Shown: positions 1 through 11,977 of the stretch, in pieces | How the letters are laid out: every line of letters begins with the position of its first letter | Position numbering within the stretch: the first letter of the stretch is position 1 | Source: the human T2T-CHM13v2.0 reference genome, Homo sapiens | Reading direction: 5' to 3' (one strand) | Length of the DNA stretch: 64,000 bases | Assembly (NCBI RefSeq): GCF_009914755.1 | Contig: NC_060933.1 | Notes under the pieces: generated by a model | Database searches by the model: none | The model's input: the letters and a program-made list of their open reading frames with translations, nothing else | Told to the model about the DNA's origin: nothing | Translations under genes and position numbers: made by a program

Positions 1-791
1 TAAATTTAAAACCTCTTTGCTAGGCATGCTGCTGGGAAAATCGAACATGGTAGGTTAGTCAGCCATGCCGTGGCTGTGATTCAGGCAGCCTGATCATATT
101 TGCAGTGCTGCTCAAACAAGCAGCGCTCTCATCCTTCATTTCATGGTGATTCAGACTAAAATTACTCACAACTTATGAGGATCATTGTTAAATGGCTATT
201 GAAGATTTTGATATTTGAAAATAATATCAACTAAAAGATAATATTTCTCAGAACAATTTGGAATTCTTGGTGTAGACTTGAGGATTTAGTAGGTTTTTTC
301 CTAATTTTGATGAGAAGTACATCATAGTGTATACAAATATAAAACACAATTAGCCCCTGTGAAAGTCATGATTGGAGTGAAAATACAGAGTCATGATAGA
401 CATGTAATACATATATGTATTTTTCTGACACATACGTACCAGTAAAATACGTAGGTACCACTTTGATCAGCAAGAGACAGTTTATATTACTTTTCAATTT
501 GTATAAGCTAAATTAGCTTTTCACTTATATTTATTTGCTTCTAGTTTATTGCTCAAAGATGGATGAGATTTTATCTCAAAATTGCCTTCAGTAAGTCAAA
601 TTGGGTAAGATTAGTTTTCAAGAATATTAACCAACAATAGTGACCGTTATTAATGGGAAAGTGATTCTTTTGTAAAGCCTAACTTTAGAAAGTTTGCACT
701 GAGAAACAGATTTTGATATTTGTTTTTATAGACACAGTACTTAGTTTTTGTCTTTTTTGATATTTTTCTCAGAAAAGTCATTCACATGGAG

Positions 792-1153
792 TGCTGTATG
801 GACAGAATTCTGTTCCTCCAAAATGTATATGTTGAAGCCTTAACCCTGAATGTGACAATATCTGAAGACAGGGCCTTTCAGGAGGTAATTAAGGTTAAAT
901 AAGGTCATAAGAGTAGGGCACTAATCCTGTAGGACGGTGGTCTTATAGGAAGAGAGGGGGAGAGAGAGAGAGAGAGCACTGCCATGTGAGGACACAGTGA
1001 GAAGGTGGTCGTCCACAAGCCAGGAAGAAAGCCCTCATCTGGCACCCTGGTCTTGGCCTTCCCAGCCTCCAGAGCTGTGTGAGAATAAGTGTCTATTATT
1101 TAAACCTCCCAGTCTGCAGTATTTTGTTATGACAGCCTCAACAGACTAAGGCA
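792..1153 (+). mobile_element. MaLR LTR (MLT1A/B-like) with internal (GA)n
   Basis: Typical blocks tatgttgaagccttaaccc, ggaggtaattaaggttaaa, gccatgtgaggacacag, cagcctccagagctgtg, gactaag. Confidence 0.8.
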
Positions 1154-2992
1154 GGGTGCCTGACACCTAGCCAGACAAGTCCACTGTTTTCCACATTCTT
1201 TTGTGCCGTATTAATGATTAATAAGCCTCAACACATAACTTCAAAATAAATATTTGCAGAAAATAGATTCCTTTTGAAATTAATCCGCATATGTACCCGT
1301 AAATTATTCTCTGAACAAAATTTGCTACGTTATCTGTATAAACGATTCACCCAAATGCTTCTCTTTGTCTACCATTATCCCCTCCGTGTGAGGCCATTTG
1401 TTTCTAAACAGTAATATTTCATGTACCTCAGCCATTATCATGGGGAGCTACATTCTCTCTGTGGATTTTAAGTGAAGATGGAACAGAATGCAATCATTAG
1501 CTTTTAGAAGGAGCCAGTGTAGGCTGTGGGTTTCAGTCTTAGACCTGCGAGTTCAAAGCTTAAGATACTGAAATAACATATATTTTGGATAAGTGATACA
1601 AATAATTATTTTAAAGCTATAGTGTTAAATGGCAGAAAGGTAACTGTGAAGGCCATAAAATCCCTTTGGAAAGGTATGTAAGGGGGAATAAATCTACTAA
1701 GAGATTTGTAACCAGAAAAAAAGGCGTCATGCAGGCGGGGCTCCTGGGAGATACTAATAAAGGCGGAGCATTTGGGCAGGCCCCGTTCGCACAAACTCAC
1801 CATCCATCCGACACGACCGCCTCCGCCTGCTCTCAGACAAGCTTCAGATCCACCTGCAGCTTCAAGACATGATTCTATTGCTTTACCTAAAATGGCAAAG
1901 GAAAATTTTTCTTCAAATTGTATTTGAGTTCAGTGACATTATAGCTCCAAGTCCCATTTTCTGAAAATAATCTTCATCCAGCCAGACTTGGAATGGAAAG
2001 AGAATTCACACAGAAAAGGAGAAAAAAGAGAGGAAACGTATCGAGTAAATGCTTACATGTGAAGCGCTGTCTGAAATGTTTTACATTTATCACATTTTAT
2101 TTTCATGAAGACATATGGGAAAATGGAGGCGTAGCAGGCAACGTGTGTAAACGTCACTGTTTACTCATACTGACATGGGCTAAATGAAGATAGAATTAAT
2201 GCCTCTGAGAGTTATTTATGTATATATAAGAGCTAATTACGTATTTTATCCCAAACATAGAGCAGCCAGCCACACATTTTGGACTCTGTGGAAGCCACAA
2301 TTTTAAAAATTCAGCGCTGTCTTGTTCCATATTTTCATCTTATCATCAAACCCTCTGTCTCAAATTTAGAACAGTAAGTTTGGACACAGCTCCTGGCCAA
2401 ACCTTCTTTTGGCATCTGTGAATGAAAGTGCAGTTATACAGCAAAGATCACCGTCAGTGGGAGATCCAGAATTAATGTGGATTGAAGCTGAGTCGAGACG
2501 CAGTGGCTTTAATTCAGAACTGCTGCTAATCCAGTGTCCACGGACACTCTCGTAGAGAAAAGAATGCAAAGTACGGGGTGCAGGAGATGATATTAAACAG
2601 TCTCCGAATGTAGGTAAGTGCAAGAAAAGAAGGTGGAGGCAGTTTATAGAGGTGATTTAAAAGTTTTCATATAGTAGAAGCACATCCTGAACCAATCAGG
2701 AAGAGTTGGTTTAAAAAAAATCATGAAAAGGATATTTTGGTGATTCTGTACTGAAAGGGGAGAAGATGAGAGAAAAATCAATCAGAAGATTCAAACCTAG
2801 AGATAAAGAGACTCAAACCTGGAGAGAATTACTTCGTTTTGCTAGAGATGTCTAGCAAAACCAAGTAATTTTGCAAATGAAAGATTGAAGGTAGAGTGAA
2901 GAAGTGTCTTCTGAGAGATCCTTGGGCCTTGAAAGAGGCTGAGAACCCTATGTGGTCCCCTTGGTCAGTCCTAATACAGACCCTAAATCATA

Positions 2993-3039
2993 GCACACAT
3001 CTCTCTCTCTCTCTCTCTCTCTCCTCTCTCTCTCGCACA

Positions 3040-3080
<41 letters not shown>
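2993..3080. repeat. (CT)n microsatellite, two blocks each preceded by gcacacat
   Basis: Directly visible. Confidence 0.9.
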
Positions 3081-3562
3081 CTCTTTCTCACTCCCTTCTC
3101 CGGGCAGGAGAGACAGCTGCAGGTGGGGGAAGGGTGGTGTCCAGTGAGGGGCCCAGGCCAGCTTTCTCAGGGGTCGCACTGGGCTGGTGAGGATCTTTGC
3201 AGCCTGAGGGCACCAACACTGGATGGGATAAGGGCAGACCAGATGGAAGGAACCTGGCACAAGCCATTTAATTAAATGCCCCTGCCCCTCACCCTTAAGT
3301 TAGAGAGAACCAGTCTGCAAGCTTCAGATTCCAGAGTAGGAACCCAGGTAAGGAGGGAGGAAGTGCCAGGAGCACACACAGACCCAGAGCCAAAGGGGAA
3401 GGTCTGTACAAAGCTGCCCCCATCCTCGGCATCGCTGGTGTGCCTGAGTGTCATGGGACACAGCGACCACACAACACCCTTGGGGAAATGGGTGAGAGAG
3501 CAACACAGCGTGGCTAAAGATGAGCACTATTCTAAAAGAAAATACGGACTAAGAAAAGATGA

Positions 3563-3967
<405 letters not shown>

Positions 3968-4000
3968 TTATTTCAATTTTCTAACCAAGAATGTTTATGT

Positions 4001-4294
4001 GCCTGGCGCGGTGGCTCACACCTGTAATCCCAGCACTTTGGGAGGCCAAGGTGGGCAGATCACGAGGTCAGGAGTTCAAGACCAGCCTGGCCAACATGGT
4101 GAAACTGTGTCTCTACCAAAAATACAACAATTAGCTGGGCATAGTGACATGTGCCTGTAGTCCTAGCTACTCAGGAGGCTGAGGCAGGAGAATCTCCTGA
4201 ACCCAGGAGGCAGAGGTTGTGGTGAGCCGAGACTGCACCACTGCACTCCAGCCTGGGCGACAGAGCAAGACTCCATCTGAAAAAAAAAAAAAAA
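4001..4294 (+). mobile_element. Alu (AluS-like)
   Basis: Full dimer with poly-A and TSD aagaatgt(t/a)tatgt. Confidence 0.95.
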
Positions 4295-5608
4295 GAATGT
4301 ATATGTGATCATACTTTGTTGGTTTATTAATACATTTATTTTGTATGTCAACAAGGGTTATCTGACTGGTAAGACTGTGAACCATATTTTGTTTTTTCTT
4401 TGTTATTCTCTGCTAAAAACAAACAATAAAAGGAAATAAACAGAAGGTCCTCAAAATGTGGACTTGTAATTGTGCACTGATGGAAACAAATGAAAAAGCA
4501 ACACATTTATCGCAATATAATAAAACACAAACTGACATATTAAAAATGGGAACTTTTTTGTTTAATTACTCCGTCAGGTACATTTTATTTCTATCCCTTT
4601 GGGAGTCAGCTGAGCATCTTTCAGGGAATTGACCTCCTGCAGAAAATTAGTCACCCTGGGGTCTCAGCTTTCTGGATTCCTGAGGATGTGCCCTACACCT
4701 GACAGGGCAGAAACAAGGACAGAATGCCTCATGCTTACTTCAGTTTGCTTTTCAGATAAATATTTATTTTTCTTTTCTCTCCAGCTCAACATTTAACTTT
4801 TCATGCATAGTAAGCATTCATCTTGAATTTATTGTTAATTACATAGCTCTCGTCATTTTGGTTTAGCAATATTGCTGACTCATTTAAATGCCAAAAAAAT
4901 TTTAATTTATTTATGAAAGCTTCTAAAAAAGCTTGAAAACACAATTTGGTGGAGGTTAGCCATTTGATTTCAACAAATTTCAGATGTATATGGCTGGATT
5001 CTATTTAAATCAATTTTTTTTCTGAATGCAAAATTGATATTTCTTATAAATGCTAAGCATTATTTTATATAAAAATGCCAAACTTCTGTGATAATCAACA
5101 TATTTCCCTTATTAACGTAGTCTAAAATATATTTAAAAATTCTAATTTGATGAGAAAATTTTGAATGGGGATGGTTATCATTCACTCTTTCTGGATTGTT
5201 TCTCAACATTGAAATGGACAGTCATCCTCTTAGGAAAAACCCAAACTGAAGTTCTCAAAACTAGGTTTGGGGAGAATTATAACTGATTTGAGATTTGGTT
5301 GATAAATGCATCATTCCTGATTGGGAAATGATTAAATTTTCAGCAATTGGCATTTGGGCCAATTTAAAGTGATTCGAGATAGATTGTAACTGCAGTAATA
5401 TTACTGGGGAAATGGAGTATTTGCTCAAGACAGGTCTTGTTCTTTTAACCAATTTTCCTTTTTTCTTGTGATCTGAACTTATTTCAAATTAGTTAGATGA
5501 GACATGGCATATGCTATTCAACCAAAATGTAATGGTCAATGAAGATGTTAACACATGTCCTCGTTCACATTTTAAGCACATATTAATATTCTCAATCTCA
5601 AAAACATT

Positions 5609-5745
5609 TACAGTCATCTCCCTGCAAGGGATTGGTTCCAGGACCCCCTCGGGTACCAGAATCTGCTCATACTTAAGTCCCACAGTCAGCCTTGTAGAGA
5701 CTTCTGATACAGAAGGCCAACCATATTTATTGAAAAAAAGGTGAC
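5609..5745 (+). mobile_element. MER2-like (TcMar-Tigger) DNA transposon fragment
   Basis: ggggattggttccaggaccccc...aagtccc...cagtcagcc matches the recalled MER2/MER2B consensus. Confidence 0.65.
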
Positions 5746-6306
5746 ACATTGATTATAATGCAAAAGTGTAAATATGAAGGAAACCATCTTCCTTTAGTAC
5801 AGAAGGCATATTTGTGCCAGGTGAAATGACTGAATATAAGAACAATATTTAAAATAAGCTCTGTAGAACTCGCATATTACCTAACCTTGTTAAATATGGC
5901 TTATTTGCCTCTGGTGTTTCTATTTTTTAGTCCAAGGCGTTTTCCCTTTTTTTCTCTCTGATTACTTATCTTTCTTCTTTGTCATCAATATTCACAGTAT
6001 TGAAGCATCCCTTTAATTTCTTAGTCTATTTGATTTCCTCTAAAATGTCATTAGCATACTCTTTACATACTCAGACACACGGTACTAATTGATTAAATAA
6101 ATTCCAAGAAAGACATAAAATTAAGCACATTATTACATTCAGAACGAATGAGAGACATTTAAAGTCAAAAACCCCCACCAAACTTTAAATTTTCAGCAAA
6201 TAGAAGCTCTGTATGAATATGATTTTAATTAACAGTCACTTCATTTTAAATAATCACATCACTTACAGAGGTATGATGTTAAGAGGCTTGGTTTTCGCAT
6301 AATCGC

Positions 6307-6782
6307 TGTGGGAAGGTGAGCGCTCACATAAAAAGCACACCCAGCTGAACCTGGAGGATTCATGCAGTGGGGAAACTGAACTTGCGTTCAATGTAGCCTT
6401 GCTGAGGAATATTGAAAGACGTGACCAATCATAGGTACTAATGCCCTATTGGGACAACCATAGATCCTGATAAAGAATTCTGAGGAACTTAACACCAGAG
6501 CAAGCCTGATACAGAAGTATGTAAAACAGAACATCAGAGTAAGCTCACTGTAATTACTGGTGCAAATTGAACATCTGCTGACTATTTTCTAAAGATAGGA
6601 TGATGTGTAACAACTGCAACATTAATTTCATATAAATGGAGCTGAATATTCATTACAGCTTTGTAGCCACTTGCTGCCTGTCCACATACATTCAGGTTAT
6701 TTGTTTTGCCCAATAATAAAATCAACTAATTCTGTATTTGTGAATTGGCATGTTTCTTTGGGTATTGATTTTCCCCCCAACA
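6307..6782 (+). mobile_element. Putative 5' LTR of the provirus
   Basis: tgtggg...cccaaca termini, CCAAT near 6425, TATAAA near 6631, AATAAA at 6715-6720, immediately followed by the PBS. The 5' boundary is uncertain. Confidence 0.6.
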
Positions 6783-6785
6783 ATT

Positions 6786-6803
6786 TGGTGATGAGGATGG
6801 GAT
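6786..6803 (+). promoter_or_regulatory. Retroviral primer-binding site complementary to tRNA-Ser(GCT)
   Basis: TGGTGATGAGGATGGGAT versus expected TGGCGACGAGGATGGGAT: 16/18, both mismatches CpG to TpG. It lies 3 nt after the LTR-ending CA. Confidence 0.8.
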
Positions 6804-7215
6804 TTCTTGAGTGAGTGCTTCTATTGGTTAATTTGTGGGAAGATTTGTGTCCACCTTCTTAAAAAGTCATTTTATTGTGATAAAACACACTTAACATAAA
6901 ATGTGGCCTCTTGGATTAGGTAAGAGACCCCGACTGTTTGCTTAAAAGTCTCCCATTATCTACTTTGGCTCAGCAGGATTGGGTTCCTGGGGAAAATTTC
7001 AAACCCTTACTACAAATTTGGAGTTATTATTGAGCAAAATGTGTAATGCAGGCTCACAGGTCCTATATGATTCAGGATAGGTTTTAACGGCAGAAAAATA
7101 TGGGAAGTCCAGAATGTTGCTGGCAGGTCTTTCTCTTAGAAGGGTTATTTCACTCTATTATGTTTAGAATGGGTAAACTTCTGAAAATTCTGCTTTGCAA
7201 TGGCCAGAGAAAGGC

Positions 7216-7511
7216 TTTTTTTTTTTTTTTCCCTGAGACGGAGGCTCACTCTGTCGCCCGGGCTGGAGTGCCGTGCCGTGGAGCCATCTGGGCTCGCTGC
7301 AAGCTCCGCCTCCCGGCTTCATGTCATTCTCCTGCCTCGGCCTCCTGAGTAGCTGGGACTGCAGGCGCCTGCCACCATGCCCTGCTAATTTTTATGTACT
7401 TTTAGTAGAGACAGGGTTTCACCGTGTTAGCCAGGATGGTCTCGATCGTGATCTGCCCGCCTCTGCCTCCCAAAGTGCTGGGATTGCAGGCATGAGCCAC
7501 CGTGCCCGGCC
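7216..7511 (-). mobile_element. Alu (AluY-like) inserted into ERV gag
   Basis: Dimer with a small internal deletion; TSD-like gagaaag(g/a)ct. Confidence 0.93.
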
Positions 7512-10407
7512 GAGAAAGACTCTTTTGAGGTAGACAAATTAGTGTATGCACGGAGATTTTAAGGAAAAAAAATCCCAAATAAACGGATAATTTATATTCC
7601 TGAGATGAAGTAGTCAGTAATAAAACAAAAACCAAAAAGAGTGAATTAAGAAATTGGAAGAATAGAGTAAGAATCTGAAAGCTCTTTTTCTTCCTCCAGC
7701 TTCTCATTTCTTCTCTGCTGTCATTCCTTTTGTTTCCTCAGCTTCTCTTCACCCTTCTTTGCTCAATCTGGGATCTCAGAGGAGGGAGGTAATGGTCTCT
7801 TGGATGAATTGGAAACCTGGGATGAATTCCCTTTAGAAGGAGCAAATTGTTTAGCTTTATTAGAATATCCTGATATTGGATGCCCTAGTTCTGATCCCAT
7901 CTCTGTGATTCCCTCTAAACTGAATATGCAAAACACAACTAAACATCTATAAATTACTCAGAAGAAAGATCAAAGAGTCAGTGAGAATTTGGGTAAGAGA
8001 TTGTATCCTAGAATAAAGGTTTTGGGTTGCTGAATGGTTGATTGCCTTAAGAACTTAGAAGAAATGGAGGGAGTCAAATTACTATGGCATAACAGGGACT
8101 GAAACTACAGTGCCATACAAACCAACTTATTTTTCATTTCATGATGAAAATCAGCCCTATCCCTTTGCAACTGCAGTGACACAAATGCCAGAATCCATAT
8201 TGCCTTCCCCCAAGTTGATATACTTCTCTTAAGAGATTTTTTTCTATTGCTCTGGGAAGATTCACACAAATTTGCAGAAGTGCTCTGCAGCATTTTTTCA
8301 ACATATAACTACACACGTGAGGATATAAACTGGCTGCTGTGTGATGTGTTGCCTCTGGCTGACTTGCTCAACTAGTGGAACAGGTGTGATAGAGGCCAAA
8401 TTATAACCCCCTCATCAGGGAGTGCCATGGCCTCAGGAAACCAGCCGTCCACCTCTTTCCATAACTCAGTGTGAGGGATGGCTGATGGCAGTCCTTGGAG
8501 CCTCTCTGCATATGGTGACCTCTAGCAGTGCTACAATAACGCACTCAAGAGGCAGGTGTGTCCCTGTTGCTTTTCATCAGCAGTGCACTGAAGCAGTTTA
8601 TAAATTTTTGGGGCCCAATCCAAGGGAAGATCAGAATATATCCTTGGTCCTCTACCTTTTAAGCAGGCTTTTTGCCAGGAATTTCCCTGCCAGCAATTGT
8701 CAGGAGAAAAAATAGTTTGATGGCAAGGGCGGACAGTTGGTGCCAGCAATCCATTTTGGGAAAATGTGGGGAAGAACTTAAGACTGCAGTGTTAGCTGCC
8801 CAGTTAGAATTATTCACAGATGGGACAGATTTTATTGTGAGCCAACAACAAATAAAAAGGAATGCTCTAATGGAAAGTTGATATATCACTGTTGTAAGAA
8901 ACCAGGATATTCAGAAAGGGGATGCTGAAGAAATTAAGACGCAAAGGATTCAACCTGAGTCTGAAGCTTTATTAGCTTCTCTAGGAGATTTTTCTCCTGA
9001 GAAACTGGATGAGAAATAATTGGCAAACGGTGCAAACTAGTGTGCAAAATTGACATAATGAGGAAACCTTTGAGTTGGGAAGCAGAGAGCTTTATATGTC
9101 TGTTTCTTTTCCTCATCTTAATCTTTTCATGTTTTTTTTTTCTTTTTTTTTTTTTGTGAACCCTGGAGCCATGTATTCTGTAATTTCTTCTGACCTTTTT
9201 TTTGTTTTAATGTTTTGGATATCTCCGGACAACCTTCTGTCTGTTCTTGCTGCTCTGAAATTATTCTGCAAATAGATCTTTTGTAAAAGAAACATGCTTT
9301 TATCTAGTCTCCTGATGCACCTAGCTATTTGTTGGAAAGGGACTCGCTGTGTAAACTAATGCCTCCCACCCATTCTGTATTCTGGGTGAAATGATTTTGG
9401 AGCCCTGGGAGGCAAGGCACCTGATGATAAGGTAAAGATGTGCCTTCTGAAACCAATGGGGGCAGTGGTGAGTGGCAATCTCACCTTGCACTGGAATAGA
9501 TCAATTGACAAGAAGTAGATCCATTTTTCTGGATCCCAGGAACAAATATTTTAGTAAAATGTATCAATGCTATAATTATAGCTTACAACATGGAATAGCT
9601 CAATTATAAGATATAATCTATACATTTTTTAATTAGGAAAATGAGCTGTAATAAAGGGCATTCAGTTTGTAATGCTTCTACATTACCTGTGAAAAAGGAA
9701 GGAAAATATGACAGGGAAGGTGGACCTGTTTATAGATTTGTACAAGATCTTATAGAAATAAGTATGTTTGTGATTCTTCTGGTACCTGTGCTTGTGCTAG
9801 CTGACCTGGCTACTATTTTAATTACAATACCTATGCCAACTAAGTATTTTTCTGCAGTAGACTTTTGTTCAGGTTTTTTTCTGTACCTTTACATGAGAAA
9901 TCAAGGTTCATCCTTACATTTACCTATGGCAGCTTTCAATATTTGTGGCAACGGATTCCTCAGGATTTAGAGATTCACCTACTATATTCTCTAGACATTT
10001 ACTGTTCAAGAGAACTTAAAGTCATTTTCCTCACCTTAGAGTTTCATGCTGATTCAATATGCAGATGAATCATTGATAGCTGCTGACACCTTACATGTGA
10101 TAAGAAGAAAATGTAACTTTCTACAAATTTTTAGCTTCCTAAGCATATAAAACATCCCTAGATAAATAGCAATAGTGTCAAACTGAACTCAAGCATTTGG
10201 GACATTTGTGACTGGCCAATAAAAAATAGTCCCTTCCTAGAGTCAGCCTATTTTACAAATTAAGCTTGCTTAATTAAAAAAAATCAAGTTTGCCAGTTTT
10301 GGGGATTGGTTGGGAATTGCAGTCAGGAGATCCCTGCCTGTTCAGAAAAGGCGAAGCCTGTCACTGAGCTGTTGCATCAAACGTCACCAGCACCTTTACT
10401 GGGGTCA

Positions 10408-11022
10408 TGTTAGCAGTGGAAGATCTGTACAGGTCTGCAACAACCTCAGTTCTTGCTACCTCAGAAGAAGGAATTCAACCGAGGAGCTTAAGGCGGAGGA
10501 AGAGACTGAGGCAGAGACTCGGAGCAGGAGTGAATGTTTATTAAAAAGTTTCAGAGCAGGAACCAAAGAAAGTGAAGTACATTTGGAAGAGGGGCAAGCC
10601 GGCAGCCTGAGAGATTCAAGTGCACGGTTTGACCTTTAACTTGGGGTTTTATACATTGGCATTCCATATGCACAGTGGCCTGTCAGCACTTGGGAGGGGT
10701 CATAGGCATAATGTGTTCACTGGAGTTGTATGCATGTTCCTAGAAGAAGGTCATGTACCAGTTAAACTCCACCATTTTGCCTCTTAGTGCGCATGCTTGA
10801 GGCCACTCACCCAGCTCCTGAGATCATATTGGGAAGCTTCTGATCACCAGTTACAGGTGTTTCTATCTATTGCGAGACTGCCTTTCCCTGGCACTGGCTA
10901 CAACCAATTATTTTAGAGAGACAGTGTAACAACTGCCTGACCATCACCTGATGGTTGCCTGACATTCCTGGGGTCGGGGGGTCCTCTCCTGTTCTGCTCA
11001 TGTCTGACTAACTACTATCACA
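10408..11022 (-). mobile_element. Solo LTR, MER50-like (ERV1), inserted in ERV pol
   Basis: TG...CA termini with a 4-bp TSD GTCA (10404-10407 and 11023-11026). Removing it restores the pol reading PLLGS|EEAEKPF. Confidence 0.8.
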
Positions 11023-11262
11023 GTCAGAAGAAGCTGAAAAGCCTTTCAAACCCTTTAAGGACCTATTGTCTCCCCACGTGTATTCATAACTCTGGTAAAC
11101 TATTCTACTTTTTCCATCTGGAGAATAAAGGAGTTGCTAGTGGTGTGCTTACTCAGAACCTAGGCCCTGACTATAGACCTATTGGTTACTTTCCTGTCTT
11201 GTTGGATTCTGTTGTTCTGGATATGCCAGGCTTTCTACAAGCCACAGTAGCTCTTCTGATTG

Positions 11263-11977
11263 TGTCACTGCCCGATGGGTTCTTCCTGCTCACTGCAAAA
11301 AAACAAAACAAAACAAAAAACATGGTATTTGCTGTAAAGAGTTTAAATTAACTCAAGGTTGGCAACACCACATTAGAGATGAAGTTATTGTTCAAGTCAG
11401 TCTCATCGAAGGCTCATAGGTTAGGGATTTTTCAAAGGTAGTTTAGGGAAAGGGCGGGGAGTGGCTAGGCAATGGGTGCTTGCCGCTGATTGGTTGGGGG
11501 TGTAATCATAGGGGTGTGGGAAATGATTCTTCTGCATGCTGAGTTACTTATGGGTGGAGCTACGGGAGCTGTTGGCAGGTCCAGTGGAGCCATCGGTAGT
11601 CAAACATGCAAAAAACCTGGATATCTCAAAAGGCTAATCTTAGATTCTACAATACTGATGTTATCTGCTGGAATTCATGAGGAAGTTGCATATCTCGTGA
11701 CCTCTGGACAAATGGCTAGCAATCATTTATGTCTGTATTTTAGCAGAATTTAGGCTCCTCTATTCTCCTAGCCTGGTGGTCTCTCATTAGCTTTAGTTTT
11801 GGGGAAGGGCTATTATCATTTAAACTATAAACTAGATGTCTCTCACGGTTGGCTTGCCTAAGCCCAGGAATGATTAAGGGCAACTTGAAGGTCAAGGGCA
11901 AGAAGGGGGTTAACTAGATCAGGTCTCCCCATTGCCATAATTTTGTCACTGTTAGAATTTGTGCAAAGGCGGTTTCA
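11263..11977 (-). mobile_element. Solo LTR, LTR8-family-like, inserted in ERV pol
   Basis: Reverse complement begins TGAAACCGCCTTTGCAC and ends GGGCAGTGACA, matching recalled LTR8 termini. No clear TSD. Confidence 0.75.

Noticed and set aside
6930-7090. Env-TM-like stretch (GLGSWGKFQTL) in the proviral leader
   Set aside because: Too short and in the wrong position for env. It may be pre-gag or chance similarity.
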